From Burkholderiaceae bacterium (GTDB lineage: Bacteria > Pseudomonadota > Gammaproteobacteria > Burkholderiales > Burkholderiaceae_C): a DNA stretch of 42,816 nucleotides. The notes below the pieces were generated by a model, which was not told where the DNA came from, did no database searches, and worked only from the letters and a program-made list of their open reading frames with translations. Of this stretch, positions 26,876-37,236 are shown one piece after another. Positions within the stretch are counted from its first letter, which is position 1. Each line of letters starts with the position of its first letter. The stretch covers positions 1 through 42,816 of the forward strand of contig CAXRGK010000025.1 of the NCBI GenBank assembly GCA_964230145.1, in the 5' to 3' direction. A program made the position numbers and the translations under genes.

Positions 26876-27427
26876 TCAGCGGACAAGTCGAGCGAAGGTC
26901 TGGCGGAATTTGGCCACCTTCGGCGCGGCCACCGCCAGGCAATAGCCCTGGCTGGGGTTGCGCGCAAAGAAGTCCTGATGGTAACCCTCGGCCGCATGGT
27001 AGTTGGTGAGCGGGCGCACCTCGGTCACGATGGGGCGGGCATACACACCCTCACGCGTGAGTTCATCGATGAGTGCCTCGGCCTCAGCCTCCTGCTCGGG
27101 CGTGGTGAAGTAGATGCCGCTGCGGTACTGCGTGCCCACGTCGTGGCCCTGCCGGTTCAGCGTGGTGGGGTCGTGGATGAGAAAAAAGATTTCCAGCAGC
27201 TCGCGCGTGCTGACCTGCGCCGGATCGTAGACCAGCTTGACCACCTCGTTGTGACCGGTGGTGCCGGTGCACACCTGCTCGTAGGTGGGCGCCGGGGCGT
27301 GGCCATTGCTGTAGCCGGACTCGACATCGAGTACACCGCGCACTTCCACATAGACGGCTTCGGTGCACCAGAAGCAGCCGCCGCCCAGAACCAAGGTTTC
27401 CGGGGTTTGCGTAGAGGTCTTGTCCAT
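26876..27427 (-). CDS. msrA: peptide methionine sulfoxide reductase A
   Basis: GGGCFWC, HDPTTLNRQG, QYRSGIY, AEGYHQDF. Confidence 0.96.
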   Translation of the reverse strand: MDKTSTQTPETLVLGGGCFWCTEAVYVEVRGVLDVESGYSNGHAPAPTYEQVCTGTTGHNEVVKLVYDPAQVSTRELLEIFFLIHDPTTLNRQGHDVGTQYRSGIYFTTPEQEAEAEALIDELTREGVYARPIVTEVRPLTNYHAAEGYHQDFFARNPSQGYCLAVAAPKVAKFRQTFARLVR

Positions 27428-27436
27428 AGGACTCGA

Positions 27437-28327
27437 TTATCCGGCGGGGAGCATGTCGGTGCGCACGGATGTCACAAAGTCCTGCAGGGCCGTCTGGTCG
27501 CGCCCGCTGCGCCACAGGCAGCGGGTGTCATAGCGCAAGGCGCTGCCCTGCAGGGGCACGAACACCGCGCCCGCCAGGGCCGACTGCGCCAGCGCCTCGG
27601 GCACCAGGGCCACGCCCTGCCCTTGCGCCACCAGCGCGACCACGCTGAGCCAATGCCGCAACTCATGCACCACCGGGGGCAGCCAGCCCGCCAGCTCGCA
27701 TTCGCCCAGGATGCGTTCGTGGTAATCGGGCGAGACGGTGCGCGAGACCACCACCAGCGCCTGGCCCTGCAGGTCCTGCAGCGAGGTCGATCTGGCTTTG
27801 GCCAGCGGATGCTTTTGGGGCAGGCAGGCCACCATGGCCTGGCTGGCCACCAGGATTTGTTCAAAACCCGGCGGCACGCGGGGCGTGTGCACAAAGCCCA
27901 CGTCCAGCCGGTCACGCACCAGCTCGGACAGCTGCTCGCTGGAGCTGAGCTCGCGCATCACCAGCCGCAAGCGCGGATGGCTGCTTTGAAAACGCTGCAG
28001 CACCTGCGGCAGACCGCAATACAACAAAGTGCCGGCAAAGCCGATCTGCAGCTCGCCTGCCTGCCCCTGCGCCACCTCACGGGCCTCGCGCATGGCGGCC
28101 CCAGCCTGCGCCAGCAGGGCGCGGGCGGCGGGCACAAAGGCCTGCCCGGCCGCCGTGAGCTGCACGCCCCGGCTGTTGCGGGTGAACAGTTGGGCCCCGA
28201 CCGAGGCTTCGAGCTGCTGGATGTTGAGCGAGAGCGGCGGCTGGGAAATCGACAGCCGTTGGGCCGCGCGGCCAAAGTGCAGCTCTTCGGCCAGGGCCAG
28301 GAAATAGCGCAGGTGACGGAATTCCAT
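27437..28327 (-). CDS. LysR family regulator divergent from gcdH
   Basis: MEFRHLRYFLALAEELHFGRAAQRLSISQPPLS HTH. Confidence 0.93.
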   Translation of the reverse strand: MEFRHLRYFLALAEELHFGRAAQRLSISQPPLSLNIQQLEASVGAQLFTRNSRGVQLTAAGQAFVPAARALLAQAGAAMREAREVAQGQAGELQIGFAGTLLYCGLPQVLQRFQSSHPRLRLVMRELSSSEQLSELVRDRLDVGFVHTPRVPPGFEQILVASQAMVACLPQKHPLAKARSTSLQDLQGQALVVVSRTVSPDYHERILGECELAGWLPPVVHELRHWLSVVALVAQGQGVALVPEALAQSALAGAVFVPLQGSALRYDTRCLWRSGRDQTALQDFVTSVRTDMLPAG

Positions 28328-28350
28328 AAATTTAAAGTTTATATTGCCGG

Positions 28351-28365
28351 ATATTGAATCAATAT
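28351..28365. promoter_or_regulatory. LysR-type operator (T-N11-A palindrome)
   Basis: ATATTGA-A-TCAATAT perfect inverted repeat in the AT-rich lysR/gcdH intergenic region. Confidence 0.65.
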
Positions 28366-28453
28366 TAGACAACTATTCATGGTCCCGTGACAATGCATTC
28401 ATGCATCCCAACCATTGGGATCTGACCCCGATTGATTTTCAGGAGATACAAAC

Positions 28454-29641
28454 ATGGCCACCAACAAGAACACTTTCAGCTGGGAAGACCCCTTCAACCT
28501 CAGCGCCCAGCTCACCGAAGAGGAGCGCCAGGTGCAGGAAGCCGCCCGCGCCTACTGCCAGGAAAAACTGCTGCCGCGCGTGAAGGACGCCTTCCTGAAC
28601 GAGACCACCGACGTGTCCATCTTCCGCGAGATGGGCGAGCTGGGCCTGCTGGGCCCCACCATCCCCGAGCAGTACGGCGGCGCCGGCCTGAATTACGTCT
28701 GCTACGGCCTGGTGGCACGCGAAGTCGAGCGCGTGGACAGCGGCTACCGCTCCATGATGAGCGTGCAGTCTTCGCTGGTGATGGTGCCGATCAACGAGTT
28801 CGGCACCGAAGCGCAAAAACAGAAATACCTGCCCAAGCTGGCGCGTGGCGAGTGGATTGGCTGCTTCGGCCTGACCGAACCCAACCATGGCTCCGACCCC
28901 GGCAGCATGATCACCCGTGCCAAAAAGGTGGACGGCGGCTACAGCCTGACTGGCGCCAAGATGTGGATCACCAACAGCCCGATCGCCGACGTGTTTGTGG
29001 TCTGGGCCAAGGACGACGGCGGCCAGATCCGCGGCTTCATTCTTGAAAAAGGCTGGAAAGGCCTGTCCGCCCCCGCCGTGCACGGCAAGGTGGGCCTGCG
29101 CGCCTCGATCACCGGCGAGATCGTCATGGACGAGGTGTTCTGCCCCGAAGAAAACGCCTTCCCCGAAGTGCGCGGCCTCAAGGGCCCCTTCACCTGCCTC
29201 AACAGCGCCCGCTACGGCATCGCCTGGGGCGCCTTGGGCGCCGCCGAAGACTGCTACACCCGCGCCCGCCAGTACGTGCTGGACCGCCAACAGTTCGGCC
29301 GCCCGCTGGCCGCCAACCAGTTGATCCAGAAAAAGCTGGCCGACATGCTGACCGAAATCAGCCTGGGCCTGCAGGGCTGCCTGGCGCTGGGCCGCATGAA
29401 GGACGCGGGCAACGCCCCGGTCGAGGTGACGTCGATTCTCAAGCGCAACAGCTGCGGCAAGGCACTGGACATCGCCCGCATGGCGCGCGACATGATGGGC
29501 GGCAACGGCATCAGCGCCGAATACGGCGTGGCGCGTCACCTGGTCAACCTGGAAGTGGTCAACACCTACGAAGGCACACACGATGTGCACGCCCTGATCC
29601 TGGGCCGCGCGATCACCGGTATTGCGGCGTTTTCGAACTGA
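28454..29641 (+). CDS. gcdH: glutaryl-CoA dehydrogenase
   Basis: [54 protein letters not shown]. Confidence 0.93.
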   Translation: MATNKNTFSWEDPFNLSAQLTEEERQVQEAARAYCQEKLLPRVKDAFLNETTDVSIFREMGELGLLGPTIPEQYGGAGLNYVCYGLVAREVERVDSGYRSMMSVQSSLVMVPINEFGTEAQKQKYLPKLARGEWIGCFGLTEPNHGSDPGSMITRAKKVDGGYSLTGAKMWITNSPIADVFVVWAKDDGGQIRGFILEKGWKGLSAPAVHGKVGLRASITGEIVMDEVFCPEENAFPEVRGLKGPFTCLNSARYGIAWGALGAAEDCYTRARQYVLDRQQFGRPLAANQLIQKKLADMLTEISLGLQGCLALGRMKDAGNAPVEVTSILKRNSCGKALDIARMARDMMGGNGISAEYGVARHLVNLEVVNTYEGTHDVHALILGRAITGIAAFSN

Positions 29642-29644
29642 GCC

Positions 29645-29740
29645 TGGATTCTCGGGTCCAGCCCGAGGACGACGAAACCGGCAAGGGCCGGGGAGGACAC
29701 CGCCTGCTTTGTCATTCCCCGGCCTGACCGGGGAAGCCAT
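29645..29740. repeat. inverted pair of GTCAT/GTCGT-type REP-like palindromes
   Basis: Minus-strand gtcgtcctcgggctggacccgagaatcca (29645-29673) and plus-strand gtcattccccggcctgaccggggaagcca (29711-29739) share the same architecture. Confidence 0.7.
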
Positions 29741-29817
29741 GGCACACCGCCGATTCCCCTCCCAGCTTTACCCAACTTCACTTTCGGTGTATTGACCCGT
29801 CAGGCTGTGGCAAACTA

Positions 29818-29845
29818 CATTTACTAACCTGATGGTCAGTAAATG
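29818..29845. promoter_or_regulatory. TetR-type operator overlapping the putative -10 and the start codon
   Basis: CATTTACTAACC-TGAT-GGTCAGTAAATG (11/12 inverted match); candidate promoter TTGACC (29792)-18 bp-TACATT (29816). Confidence 0.7.
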
Positions 29846-30484
29846 AATTCCACCGAAACCCATCCTCCCCACAAGCGCGAGCGACGCAAGGAAGCCCGGC
29901 CCGGCGAGCTGCTGGATGCCGCGCTCGACCTGTTTGTGGAAAAAGGCTTCGCGGCCACCCGTTCCGAAGAAGTGGCGGCCCGCGCCGGCGTGTCCAAAGG
30001 CACACTGTTCCTGTATTTCCCGAGCAAGGAAGAACTGTTCAAGGCAGTGGTGCGCGAGAACATGGTGCGCCACCAGACCGAAGGGGCCGAAGAAATCGCC
30101 CGCTTCGAGGGACCCACAGCCGCCTTGCTGCAATACCTGATGCTCGAATGGTGGCGGCGCTACGGGGCCACCAAGGCCTCGGGCATTTCCAAGCTGGTGA
30201 TGAGCGAGGCCAGCAATTTCCCTGATCTGGCGCGCTTCTTTCAGGAAGAAGTGGTCACACCCGGACACGCCATGATCCGTTCGGTGCTGCAGCGCGGCAT
30301 CGAACGCGGTGAATTCCGGCCCGTGGACATGGACCTGACGGTCCATTCGGTGCTGGCGCCTTTGCTCTTTCTGGTGACCTGGAAGCACTCCATGGCGCCC
30401 TGCTGCCCATCCAGCCAGCAGATCGATCCTGAAACTTTCATCCGCCACCACACCGAGCTGCTGGTGCGTGGCCTGTCCGTCTGA
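29843..30484 (+). CDS. TetR/AcrR family regulator
   Basis: [14 protein letters not shown]...[23 protein letters not shown]. Confidence 0.94.
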   Translation: MNSTETHPPHKRERRKEARPGELLDAALDLFVEKGFAATRSEEVAARAGVSKGTLFLYFPSKEELFKAVVRENMVRHQTEGAEEIARFEGPTAALLQYLMLEWWRRYGATKASGISKLVMSEASNFPDLARFFQEEVVTPGHAMIRSVLQRGIERGEFRPVDMDLTVHSVLAPLLFLVTWKHSMAPCCPSSQQIDPETFIRHHTELLVRGLSV

Positions 30485-30494
30485 AGCAGTCTCC

Positions 30495-31613
30495 ATGAAC
30501 AAAAACAAGCTCCTGATCCTTGTGGGTATCGCCGCCGCGGCCATCGCCGTGCTCGGCTGGCGTCTGTCGGCCCAGCATGCCCCGGCTTCCTCCCCTGCAG
30601 CCAGCAGCCCCCCCGCGCTGGAGCTCGCTGCCGAGGAGGTGTTCACCGCGCATGCCGAAACGCTTTCGCTGGGTTTGCCGCTGTCGGGCGCTCTCAAGGC
30701 CACGCAGACCGCATTGGTCAAGGCCCGTGTGGCCGGTGAGCTGATGGACCTGGTGGTGCGCGAAGGCGACACGGTCAAGGCCGGGCAGGTCATTGCGCGC
30801 ATCGACCCGACCGAATACCAGGCCCGCTGGCGCCAGGCGAAGCAACAAGCCGAATCGGCCAAGGCGCAGATGGACATCGCTCAAAAGCAGTACGACAACA
30901 ACGAGGCGCTGGTCAGACAGGGCTTCATCTCGCAGACGGCCTTGCAGACTTCGCTCATGAGCCTGAACGGCGCCCGCGCCGCGTGGCAATCTGCCGTGGC
31001 TGCCGCCGATGTGGCGCAAAAGGCGCTGGACGATGCCACGCTCAAGGCCCCCATCGGCGGCCAGATTGCGCAACGCCTGGCACAACCAGGAGAGCGCCTG
31101 GTGATCGATGCCAAGGTGGTGGAAATCGTCAACCTCGGTCAGTTCGAACTCGAAGCGGCCCTGCCTGCACAGGACGCGACCGGCGTGCAGATCGGCATGA
31201 AAGCGCAATTGCAGGTGGAAGGCGTTGACCCGCCCGTCAGCGCCACGGTGCTGCGCATCAACCCGAGCACACAGGCTGGCAGCCGCAGCGTGCTGGCCTA
31301 CCTGGGCGTGCCTGGCCAGGAGGGCCTGCGCCAGGGCGCATTCGCCCAGGGCACGCTGGGCACCCGCTCCGTCCAGGCCATCGCCGTACCGCTGGGCAGC
31401 GTGCGCACAGACAAGCCTCAGCCCTACGTGCAGGTGATCGAAGGCGACCGCGTGCGACATGTCGGCGTGGAGCCCGGCGCTCGTATTCAGGTCGGCAACC
31501 AGACCCGGGTGGTCGTCAGCGGCCTGTCCGAGGGTGCGCAGGTGCTGGCGCCCGCCGCCGGCGCCCTGCGCGAAGGCGTGAAGGTCAAGCCTGCCGCCGC
31601 AGTCGCGCGCTGA
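30495..31613 (+). CDS. RND efflux periplasmic adaptor (MFP)
   Basis: N-terminal anchor, lipoyl motif VREGDTVKAGQVIARID, LKAPIGG. Confidence 0.93.
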   Translation: MNKNKLLILVGIAAAAIAVLGWRLSAQHAPASSPAASSPPALELAAEEVFTAHAETLSLGLPLSGALKATQTALVKARVAGELMDLVVREGDTVKAGQVIARIDPTEYQARWRQAKQQAESAKAQMDIAQKQYDNNEALVRQGFISQTALQTSLMSLNGARAAWQSAVAAADVAQKALDDATLKAPIGGQIAQRLAQPGERLVIDAKVVEIVNLGQFELEAALPAQDATGVQIGMKAQLQVEGVDPPVSATVLRINPSTQAGSRSVLAYLGVPGQEGLRQGAFAQGTLGTRSVQAIAVPLGSVRTDKPQPYVQVIEGDRVRHVGVEPGARIQVGNQTRVVVSGLSEGAQVLAPAAGALREGVKVKPAAAVAR

Positions 31614-31625
31614 GGACACCGCGCC

Positions 31626-34600
31626 ATGTGGTTCACCAAAGTCAGCCTGAAAAACCCGGTCTTTGCCACCATGATGATGGTGGCCCTGGTGGTGATGGGG
31701 CTGTTTGCCTTCCAGCGCCTGAAGGTCGACCAGTTCCCGAACATCGATTTTCCGGTGGTGGTGGTCAGCACCGAGTACCCGGGCGCCTCGCCCGAGATCG
31801 TCGAGAGCGAGGTCTCCAAGAAGATCGAGGAGGCCGTCAACTCGATCGCCGGCATCAATGCCCTGACCTCGCGCAGCTACGAAGGCCAGTCGGTCGTGGT
31901 GATCGAGTTCCAGCTGCACATGAACGGCCGCAAGGCCGCCGAAGACGTGCGCGAGAAGGTCGCCGCGGTACGCCCCAGCCTGCGCACCGAAGTCAAGGAA
32001 CCCAAGGTGCTGCGCTTTGACCCGTCCAGCCGCGCCATCTGGTCCCTGGCCGTGCTGCCCGACACCGGGGTGGGCAAGCCGCTGTCCCCCGTGGAGATCA
32101 CCAGCTGGTCCGAACAGGTTCTGAAAAAGCGGCTGGAGAATGTCCGTGGCGTGGGCGCGGTCACCCTGGTCGGTGGCACCAAGCGCGAAATCAACCTGTA
32201 CCTGCAACCCGCCGCCATGGAGGCGCTGGGCATCACGGCCGACCAGGTGGTCAATGCGGTCAGAAACGACAACCAGGATATCCCTGTCGGCGCCATCCGC
32301 TCGCTGGAGCAAGAGCGCATGGTGCAGGTCGAGTCACGCAAGCTGCGCCCCGAGGACTTTGGCCGCATCATCGTGGGCCGCAAGGGCAATACGCCCATTT
32401 ACCTGTCGCAGGTGGCGCGGGTACAAGATGGTGCCCAGGAGATCGACACCCTGGCGCTTTACAACGGCCAGCGCACCCAGTTGCTGACCGTGCAAAAGGC
32501 CCAGGATGAAAACACCATCGAAGTGATCGATGGCCTGGTCAAGACCGTGGCCGCCATGAAGGCCGAAGTGCCTGCCGGCCTGCGCCTGGAGCCGATCGTC
32601 GACACCTCCCGCCCGATCCGCGTGGCGGTCGACAACGTGCGCCGCACCCTGATCGAAGGCGCTCTGCTGACGGTGCTCATTGTTTTCCTGTTCCTCAACT
32701 CCTGGCGCTCCACCGTCATCACTGGGCTGACACTGCCGATCTCGCTGATCGGCACCTTCATGTTCATGAACATGTTCGGCTTCACCATCAACATGGTCAC
32801 CCTGATGGCGCTGTCGCTGTGCGTGGGCCTCTTGATCGACGATGCCATCGTGGTCCGGGAGAACATCGTGCGCCATGTGCAGATGGGCAAGGATGCCTGG
32901 AACGCCTCGATGGATGGGACGCAGGAAATTGGTCTGGCCGTGCTGGCGACCACCTTGTCGATCGTGGCGGTGTTCCTGCCGATCGGTTTCATGCAGGGCA
33001 TCATCGGCAAATTTTTCCACGAGTTCGGCATCACCATCGTGGCCGCCGTGATGATCTCGATGTTCGTGAGCTTCACACTCGACCCGATGCTGTCGAGCGT
33101 CTGGCACGACCCCGCCATCCACGCACACGGTGAGCATGCAGCACCGGTCACGCTCTACGACCGGACCCTCGGGCGTGTGACCAACTGGTTTGAAACCGCC
33201 ACCGACCGTCTGGCTGATGTGTACCAGCAGATCCTGGCCTGGTCGCTGGTCCACAAACGCAAGACGGTGCTGATGGCAATTGCCGTCTTTGTGCTCAGCG
33301 TCGTGATGGTCCGCTTCGTCGGCACGGAATTCGTGCCCAAGGCTGACTTCTCGGAAACCAGCGTCGTTTTTCAGACGCCCATCGGCTCATCGCTGGAAGC
33401 CACCGAGGCCAAGGCGCGGCAGGTCGAAGCGATCCTGCGCGAATTCCCCGAGGTGCGTTACACCGTCGCCACGATCAACACGGCCAATGCGCAAGGCAAG
33501 CACACCACCAGTGTCTATGTCCGCCTGGTGGACCGCAAGGACCGCCAGCGCGGCGTGGACCAGATGTCGGCCGAATTGCGCGAGCGCCTGCAGCGCGTGC
33601 CCGGCATCGTCGTCACCCATGCCGGCACACTCGATGCGGTGGGCGGCAACAAGCAGATTGAATTCTCGATCCTCGGCCCTGACCAGCACGAGCTCGAACG
33701 CCTGACCCTGCAGGCCATGGACAAGCTGCGCGCCATTCCCGGCCTGGTGGATCTGGACTCGAGTGTGCGTCCCAACAAACCCACCATCGCCATCAAGGTG
33801 CGCCAGGAGTCGGCCTCCGATCTGGGCCTGGGCACGGCGCAGCTGGGTACCCCCCTGCGTGTGCTGCTGGCTGGCCAGACCGTGGGCAACTGGCGGGCAC
33901 CGGACGACCAGACATACGATGTGAATGTCCGTCTGGCGCCTGAAGCCCGCGACAACCTCCAGGACCTGGAGCGACTGCCCTTCACCGTGGGCGCAGGCGC
34001 CGATGGCTCGCCCCGTGTCGTGCGCCTCGGGCAGGTGGCCCAGGTGGTGGAGTCCACCGGCTCCAACCAGATCAACCGCCGCGACCTGACCCGCGAAGTG
34101 GCCCTGAACGCCAACACTTACGGGCGCGCCATGGGCGAAGTGTCCGCCGACATCCGCCAGGTGATGAACAGCCTGCAACTGCCGCCCGGCTACAGCTACC
34201 AGTTTGGCGGCTCGACCAAAAACATGGCGGAGTCCTTTGGCTATGCAGTCACGGCACTGGCCATGGCCGTGATCTTCATCTACATGATCCTGGCCAGCCA
34301 GTTCAAGAGCTTCCTGCAGCCGCTGGCGCTGATGACCTCGCTGCCGCTGACGCTGATTGGGGTGGTGCTGGCGTTGATGCTGTTCCGCTCTACCCTGTCG
34401 ATGTTCTCGATCATCGGCGTGATCATGCTCATGGGACTGGTGACCAAGAACGCCATCTTGCTGGTGGACTTTGCCATCCGCGCCCGCGAAGAGGGCATGG
34501 AACGCAGCGCTGCCCTGCTGATGGCCGCCAAAGTCCGGTTGCGCCCCATCCTGATGACCACCCTGGCCATGATCTTCGGCATGGTGCCGCTGGCTTTTGC

Positions 34601-34790
34601 CCTGACCGAAGGCTCCGAGCAGCGTGCCCCCATGGGCCAGGCGGTGATCGGCGGTGTCATCACCTCCTCGCTGCTGACTCTGGTCGTGGTGCCGGTGGTC
34701 TATTGCTACATGGATGACCTGGCACAGTGGCTGCGCCGCAAGGCCGGATTACCGGCTTCCCGTCAGGGGCATGACACCCCTGCTCAGTAA
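31626..34790 (+). CDS. RND efflux permease (AcrB/MdtB/HAE1 family)
   Basis: 1054 aa; GLLIDDAIVVREN, KNAILLVD, RLRPILMT. Confidence 0.95.
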   Translation: MWFTKVSLKNPVFATMMMVALVVMGLFAFQRLKVDQFPNIDFPVVVVSTEYPGASPEIVESEVSKKIEEAVNSIAGINALTSRSYEGQSVVVIEFQLHMNGRKAAEDVREKVAAVRPSLRTEVKEPKVLRFDPSSRAIWSLAVLPDTGVGKPLSPVEITSWSEQVLKKRLENVRGVGAVTLVGGTKREINLYLQPAAMEALGITADQVVNAVRNDNQDIPVGAIRSLEQERMVQVESRKLRPEDFGRIIVGRKGNTPIYLSQVARVQDGAQEIDTLALYNGQRTQLLTVQKAQDENTIEVIDGLVKTVAAMKAEVPAGLRLEPIVDTSRPIRVAVDNVRRTLIEGALLTVLIVFLFLNSWRSTVITGLTLPISLIGTFMFMNMFGFTINMVTLMALSLCVGLLIDDAIVVRENIVRHVQMGKDAWNASMDGTQEIGLAVLATTLSIVAVFLPIGFMQGIIGKFFHEFGITIVAAVMISMFVSFTLDPMLSSVWHDPAIHAHGEHAAPVTLYDRTLGRVTNWFETATDRLADVYQQILAWSLVHKRKTVLMAIAVFVLSVVMVRFVGTEFVPKADFSETSVVFQTPIGSSLEATEAKARQVEAILREFPEVRYTVATINTANAQGKHTTSVYVRLVDRKDRQRGVDQMSAELRERLQRVPGIVVTHAGTLDAVGGNKQIEFSILGPDQHELERLTLQAMDKLRAIPGLVDLDSSVRPNKPTIAIKVRQESASDLGLGTAQLGTPLRVLLAGQTVGNWRAPDDQTYDVNVRLAPEARDNLQDLERLPFTVGAGADGSPRVVRLGQVAQVVESTGSNQINRRDLTREVALNANTYGRAMGEVSADIRQVMNSLQLPPGYSYQFGGSTKNMAESFGYAVTALAMAVIFIYMILASQFKSFLQPLALMTSLPLTLIGVVLALMLFRSTLSMFSIIGVIMLMGLVTKNAILLVDFAIRAREEGMERSAALLMAAKVRLRPILMTTLAMIFGMVPLAFALTEGSEQRAPMGQAVIGGVITSSLLTLVVVPVVYCYMDDLAQWLRRKAGLPASRQGHDTPAQ

Positions 34791-34830
34791 AATGGTCCGA
34801 AACCGACTAACATACCCCATGGAGTAAAAA

Positions 34831-35490
34831 ATGGATCTGAATCAGGCCCGCTTCAACATGATTGAACAGCAAATCCGCCCCTGGGAGGTGCTGGATCCGC
34901 AAGTGCTGGAATTGCTGAGCGTGGTGCGTCGCGAAGACTTCGTGCCGCAGGCGCACCAGGCACTGGCGTTCGTCGACATGGAAATCCCGCTGGGCAAAGA
35001 GGCCGGTCAGGTCATGCTGGCCCCGCGCGTGCAGGCCCGGCTGGTGCAGGATCTGGCCATCCAGAAAACCGACAAAGTGCTGGAAATTGGCACGGGTTCG
35101 GGTTTCACCACCGCCTTGCTGGCCCACCAGGCGGCCCAGGTCCTGAGCTACGAGATCGACGCCGATCTGGCTCGCCAGGCCACAGCCAACCTGCAAAAGG
35201 CTGGCATCACCAACGCCAGAGTGCGCCATGCCGACGGCAGCCAGGGCGCTGCGGGCGAAGGGCCTTTTGACGCCATTTTGCTGGCGGGCTCAGTGGCCGA
35301 AGTGCCCCAGGTGCTGCTGGAGCAGCTGGCGGTCGGCGGCCGCCTCGCCGCCATCGTGGGCGACGAACCCATGATGCGCGCCACCGTGATCACCCGCACC
35401 GGGCCAAACAGCTTCACCACGGCCCAGGCCTGGGATGTGAACGCACCCCGCCTCGCCGGCTTTGCCGAACCTTCGGCTTTCCACTTCTGA
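34831..35490 (+). CDS. pcm: protein-L-isoaspartate O-methyltransferase family protein
   Basis: ARFNMIEQQIRPW, VLEIGTGSGF, PFDAIL. Confidence 0.85.
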   Translation: MDLNQARFNMIEQQIRPWEVLDPQVLELLSVVRREDFVPQAHQALAFVDMEIPLGKEAGQVMLAPRVQARLVQDLAIQKTDKVLEIGTGSGFTTALLAHQAAQVLSYEIDADLARQATANLQKAGITNARVRHADGSQGAAGEGPFDAILLAGSVAEVPQVLLEQLAVGGRLAAIVGDEPMMRATVITRTGPNSFTTAQAWDVNAPRLAGFAEPSAFHF

Positions 35491-35495
35491 TCCCC

Positions 35496-35825
35496 ATGCA
35501 GCAGATCACCCCGTCTCAGCTCAGTGAATGGGCGCATGCACAGGCACAACGTCCGGTGCTGCTGGATGTGCGCGAGGGCTGGGAAGTGCAGACCGCCTGC
35601 GCCCGTCCGGCAGAACTCGATTTCGTGCACATGCCCATGCAGACCATCCCGGCACGCCTGCACGAACTCGACCGCAACCGCCCTGTCGCCTGCCTGTGTC
35701 ACCACGGCGGCCGCAGCATGCAGGTGGCCCACTTCCTGGCCGGCCATGGCTTCGAGGTGGTGAACGTGGCCGGCGGTATCCACGCCTGGTCGGCCCAGGT
35801 CGATCCGAGCATTCCGGTGTATTGA
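35496..35825 (+). CDS. rhodanese-like sulfurtransferase
   Basis: LLDVRE, CHHGGRS, NVAGGIHAW. Confidence 0.92.
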   Translation: MQQITPSQLSEWAHAQAQRPVLLDVREGWEVQTACARPAELDFVHMPMQTIPARLHELDRNRPVACLCHHGGRSMQVAHFLAGHGFEVVNVAGGIHAWSAQVDPSIPVY

Positions 35826-35850
35826 TTTTTACGTCTGGCCTTACAGAAAG

Positions 35851-37218
35851 ATGCCCATGTCCACCCTCCTTTTCCGCGCTGCTCCCCTGCGTCGTCTGCC
35901 TCTGGCGGTCCTGTTGCCGCTCGCCTTCGCCAGCACGAGCCAGGCCCAGAGCCTGGTGGACATTTATGAAATGGCCAAAGTCCACGACGCGACCTACCAG
36001 TCGGCCCGCTCGCAGTACGAGGCCAATCTGGCCAAGGCCGATCAGGGCAAGGCCGCGCTGCTGCCAACGGTGGCTTTGAGTGCCGGGGCTACCCGCACAC
36101 AGCTGGAGTCGTACGCTATCAAAGGCAGTCCAGCACCCACGCAAGACCGCCCCTACACCACACAGACTGCTGGCATCAATGCCAGCCAGCCGCTGTACCG
36201 CCCTGCCAACCTGGCCACTTACCGTCAAAGCCAGAAAGGGCTGGAGCTGGCCGAGGCCGCAATGAGCCAGGCCGAGCAGGACCTGATCGTCCGCGTCAGC
36301 CAGGCCTACTTTGATGTGCTGAGTGCCCAGGACAGCCTGGCCTTCGTGCAGGCGCAGAAAGCCGCAGTGGCCGAGCAGCTCGCCAGTGCCAAGCGCAACT
36401 TCGAGGTCGGCACCGCCACCATCACCGACACCCGCGAGGCCCAGGCCCGGTTCGACCTGGTGACCGCACAGGAAATCGCTGCCGACAACGACCTGCGCGT
36501 CAAGAGCGTGGCCCTGGAACTGCTGGTGGGCAAGGCTGGCCTCAAGCCAAAGCGCATCCAGTCCGGCGCCAAGCTGCCCGCCGTAGATGTGCAAAGCATT
36601 GACAACTGGGTCGCGCAAAGCGAGCAACACCACCCCGGCTTGCGGCAAGCGCGCGCCAACCTGGATGTGGCCAAGCTGGAAACGGAAAAAGCCACTGCTG
36701 GCCACAAGCCGACCGTGGATTTCACCTTGGGCTACAACTCGCAAAGAAACATCAACGGCACGGCCGTCACGACCGCGAGCACCCAAGCCAACGTCGCTAC
36801 CGCCGGCATCACTGCCAACCTGCCCTTGTTCGCCGGTTTCGCCACCCAGAACCGCATCCGCGAAGCCGCAGCACTCGAAGACAAGGCCCGCTCCGACCTG
36901 GAGGGCGCGCAGCGTCAGGTGGCTCAGGTCACCCGCACGGCCTACCTCGGCCTGCAGGCGGGGCAGGGCCAGGTCAAGGCTTATGAAGCGGCTGAGGCAT
37001 CGAGCCAGGTGGCGCTCGAAGCCAACAAGCTGGGCTACCAGGTGGGCGTGCGCATCAACATCGACGTGCTCAACAGCCAGAGCCAGCTCTTCCAGACCAA
37101 GCGCGATCTGGCCAAGGCGCGATACGACGTGCTGGTCGGCCAGCTCAAGCTGCGCCAGGCGGCCGGTGTGCTCAAGGCCGAAGACCTGCAGCCGATCAAC
37201 GCGCTGCTGGCGCCCTGA
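35851..37218 (+). CDS. tolC: TolC family outer-membrane channel
   Basis: Signal peptide, AYFDVLSAQD, GYQVGVRINIDVLNSQ, ARYDVL. Confidence 0.93.
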   Translation: MPMSTLLFRAAPLRRLPLAVLLPLAFASTSQAQSLVDIYEMAKVHDATYQSARSQYEANLAKADQGKAALLPTVALSAGATRTQLESYAIKGSPAPTQDRPYTTQTAGINASQPLYRPANLATYRQSQKGLELAEAAMSQAEQDLIVRVSQAYFDVLSAQDSLAFVQAQKAAVAEQLASAKRNFEVGTATITDTREAQARFDLVTAQEIAADNDLRVKSVALELLVGKAGLKPKRIQSGAKLPAVDVQSIDNWVAQSEQHHPGLRQARANLDVAKLETEKATAGHKPTVDFTLGYNSQRNINGTAVTTASTQANVATAGITANLPLFAGFATQNRIREAAALEDKARSDLEGAQRQVAQVTRTAYLGLQAGQGQVKAYEAAEASSQVALEANKLGYQVGVRINIDVLNSQSQLFQTKRDLAKARYDVLVGQLKLRQAAGVLKAEDLQPINALLAP

Positions 37219-37236
37219 CCGCCCGGCCATCGACCA

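Noticed and set aside
34831-37218. pcm-rhodanese-tolC linkage as a novel system
   Set aside because: A familiar conserved arrangement in Proteobacteria; nothing unusual in this copy.
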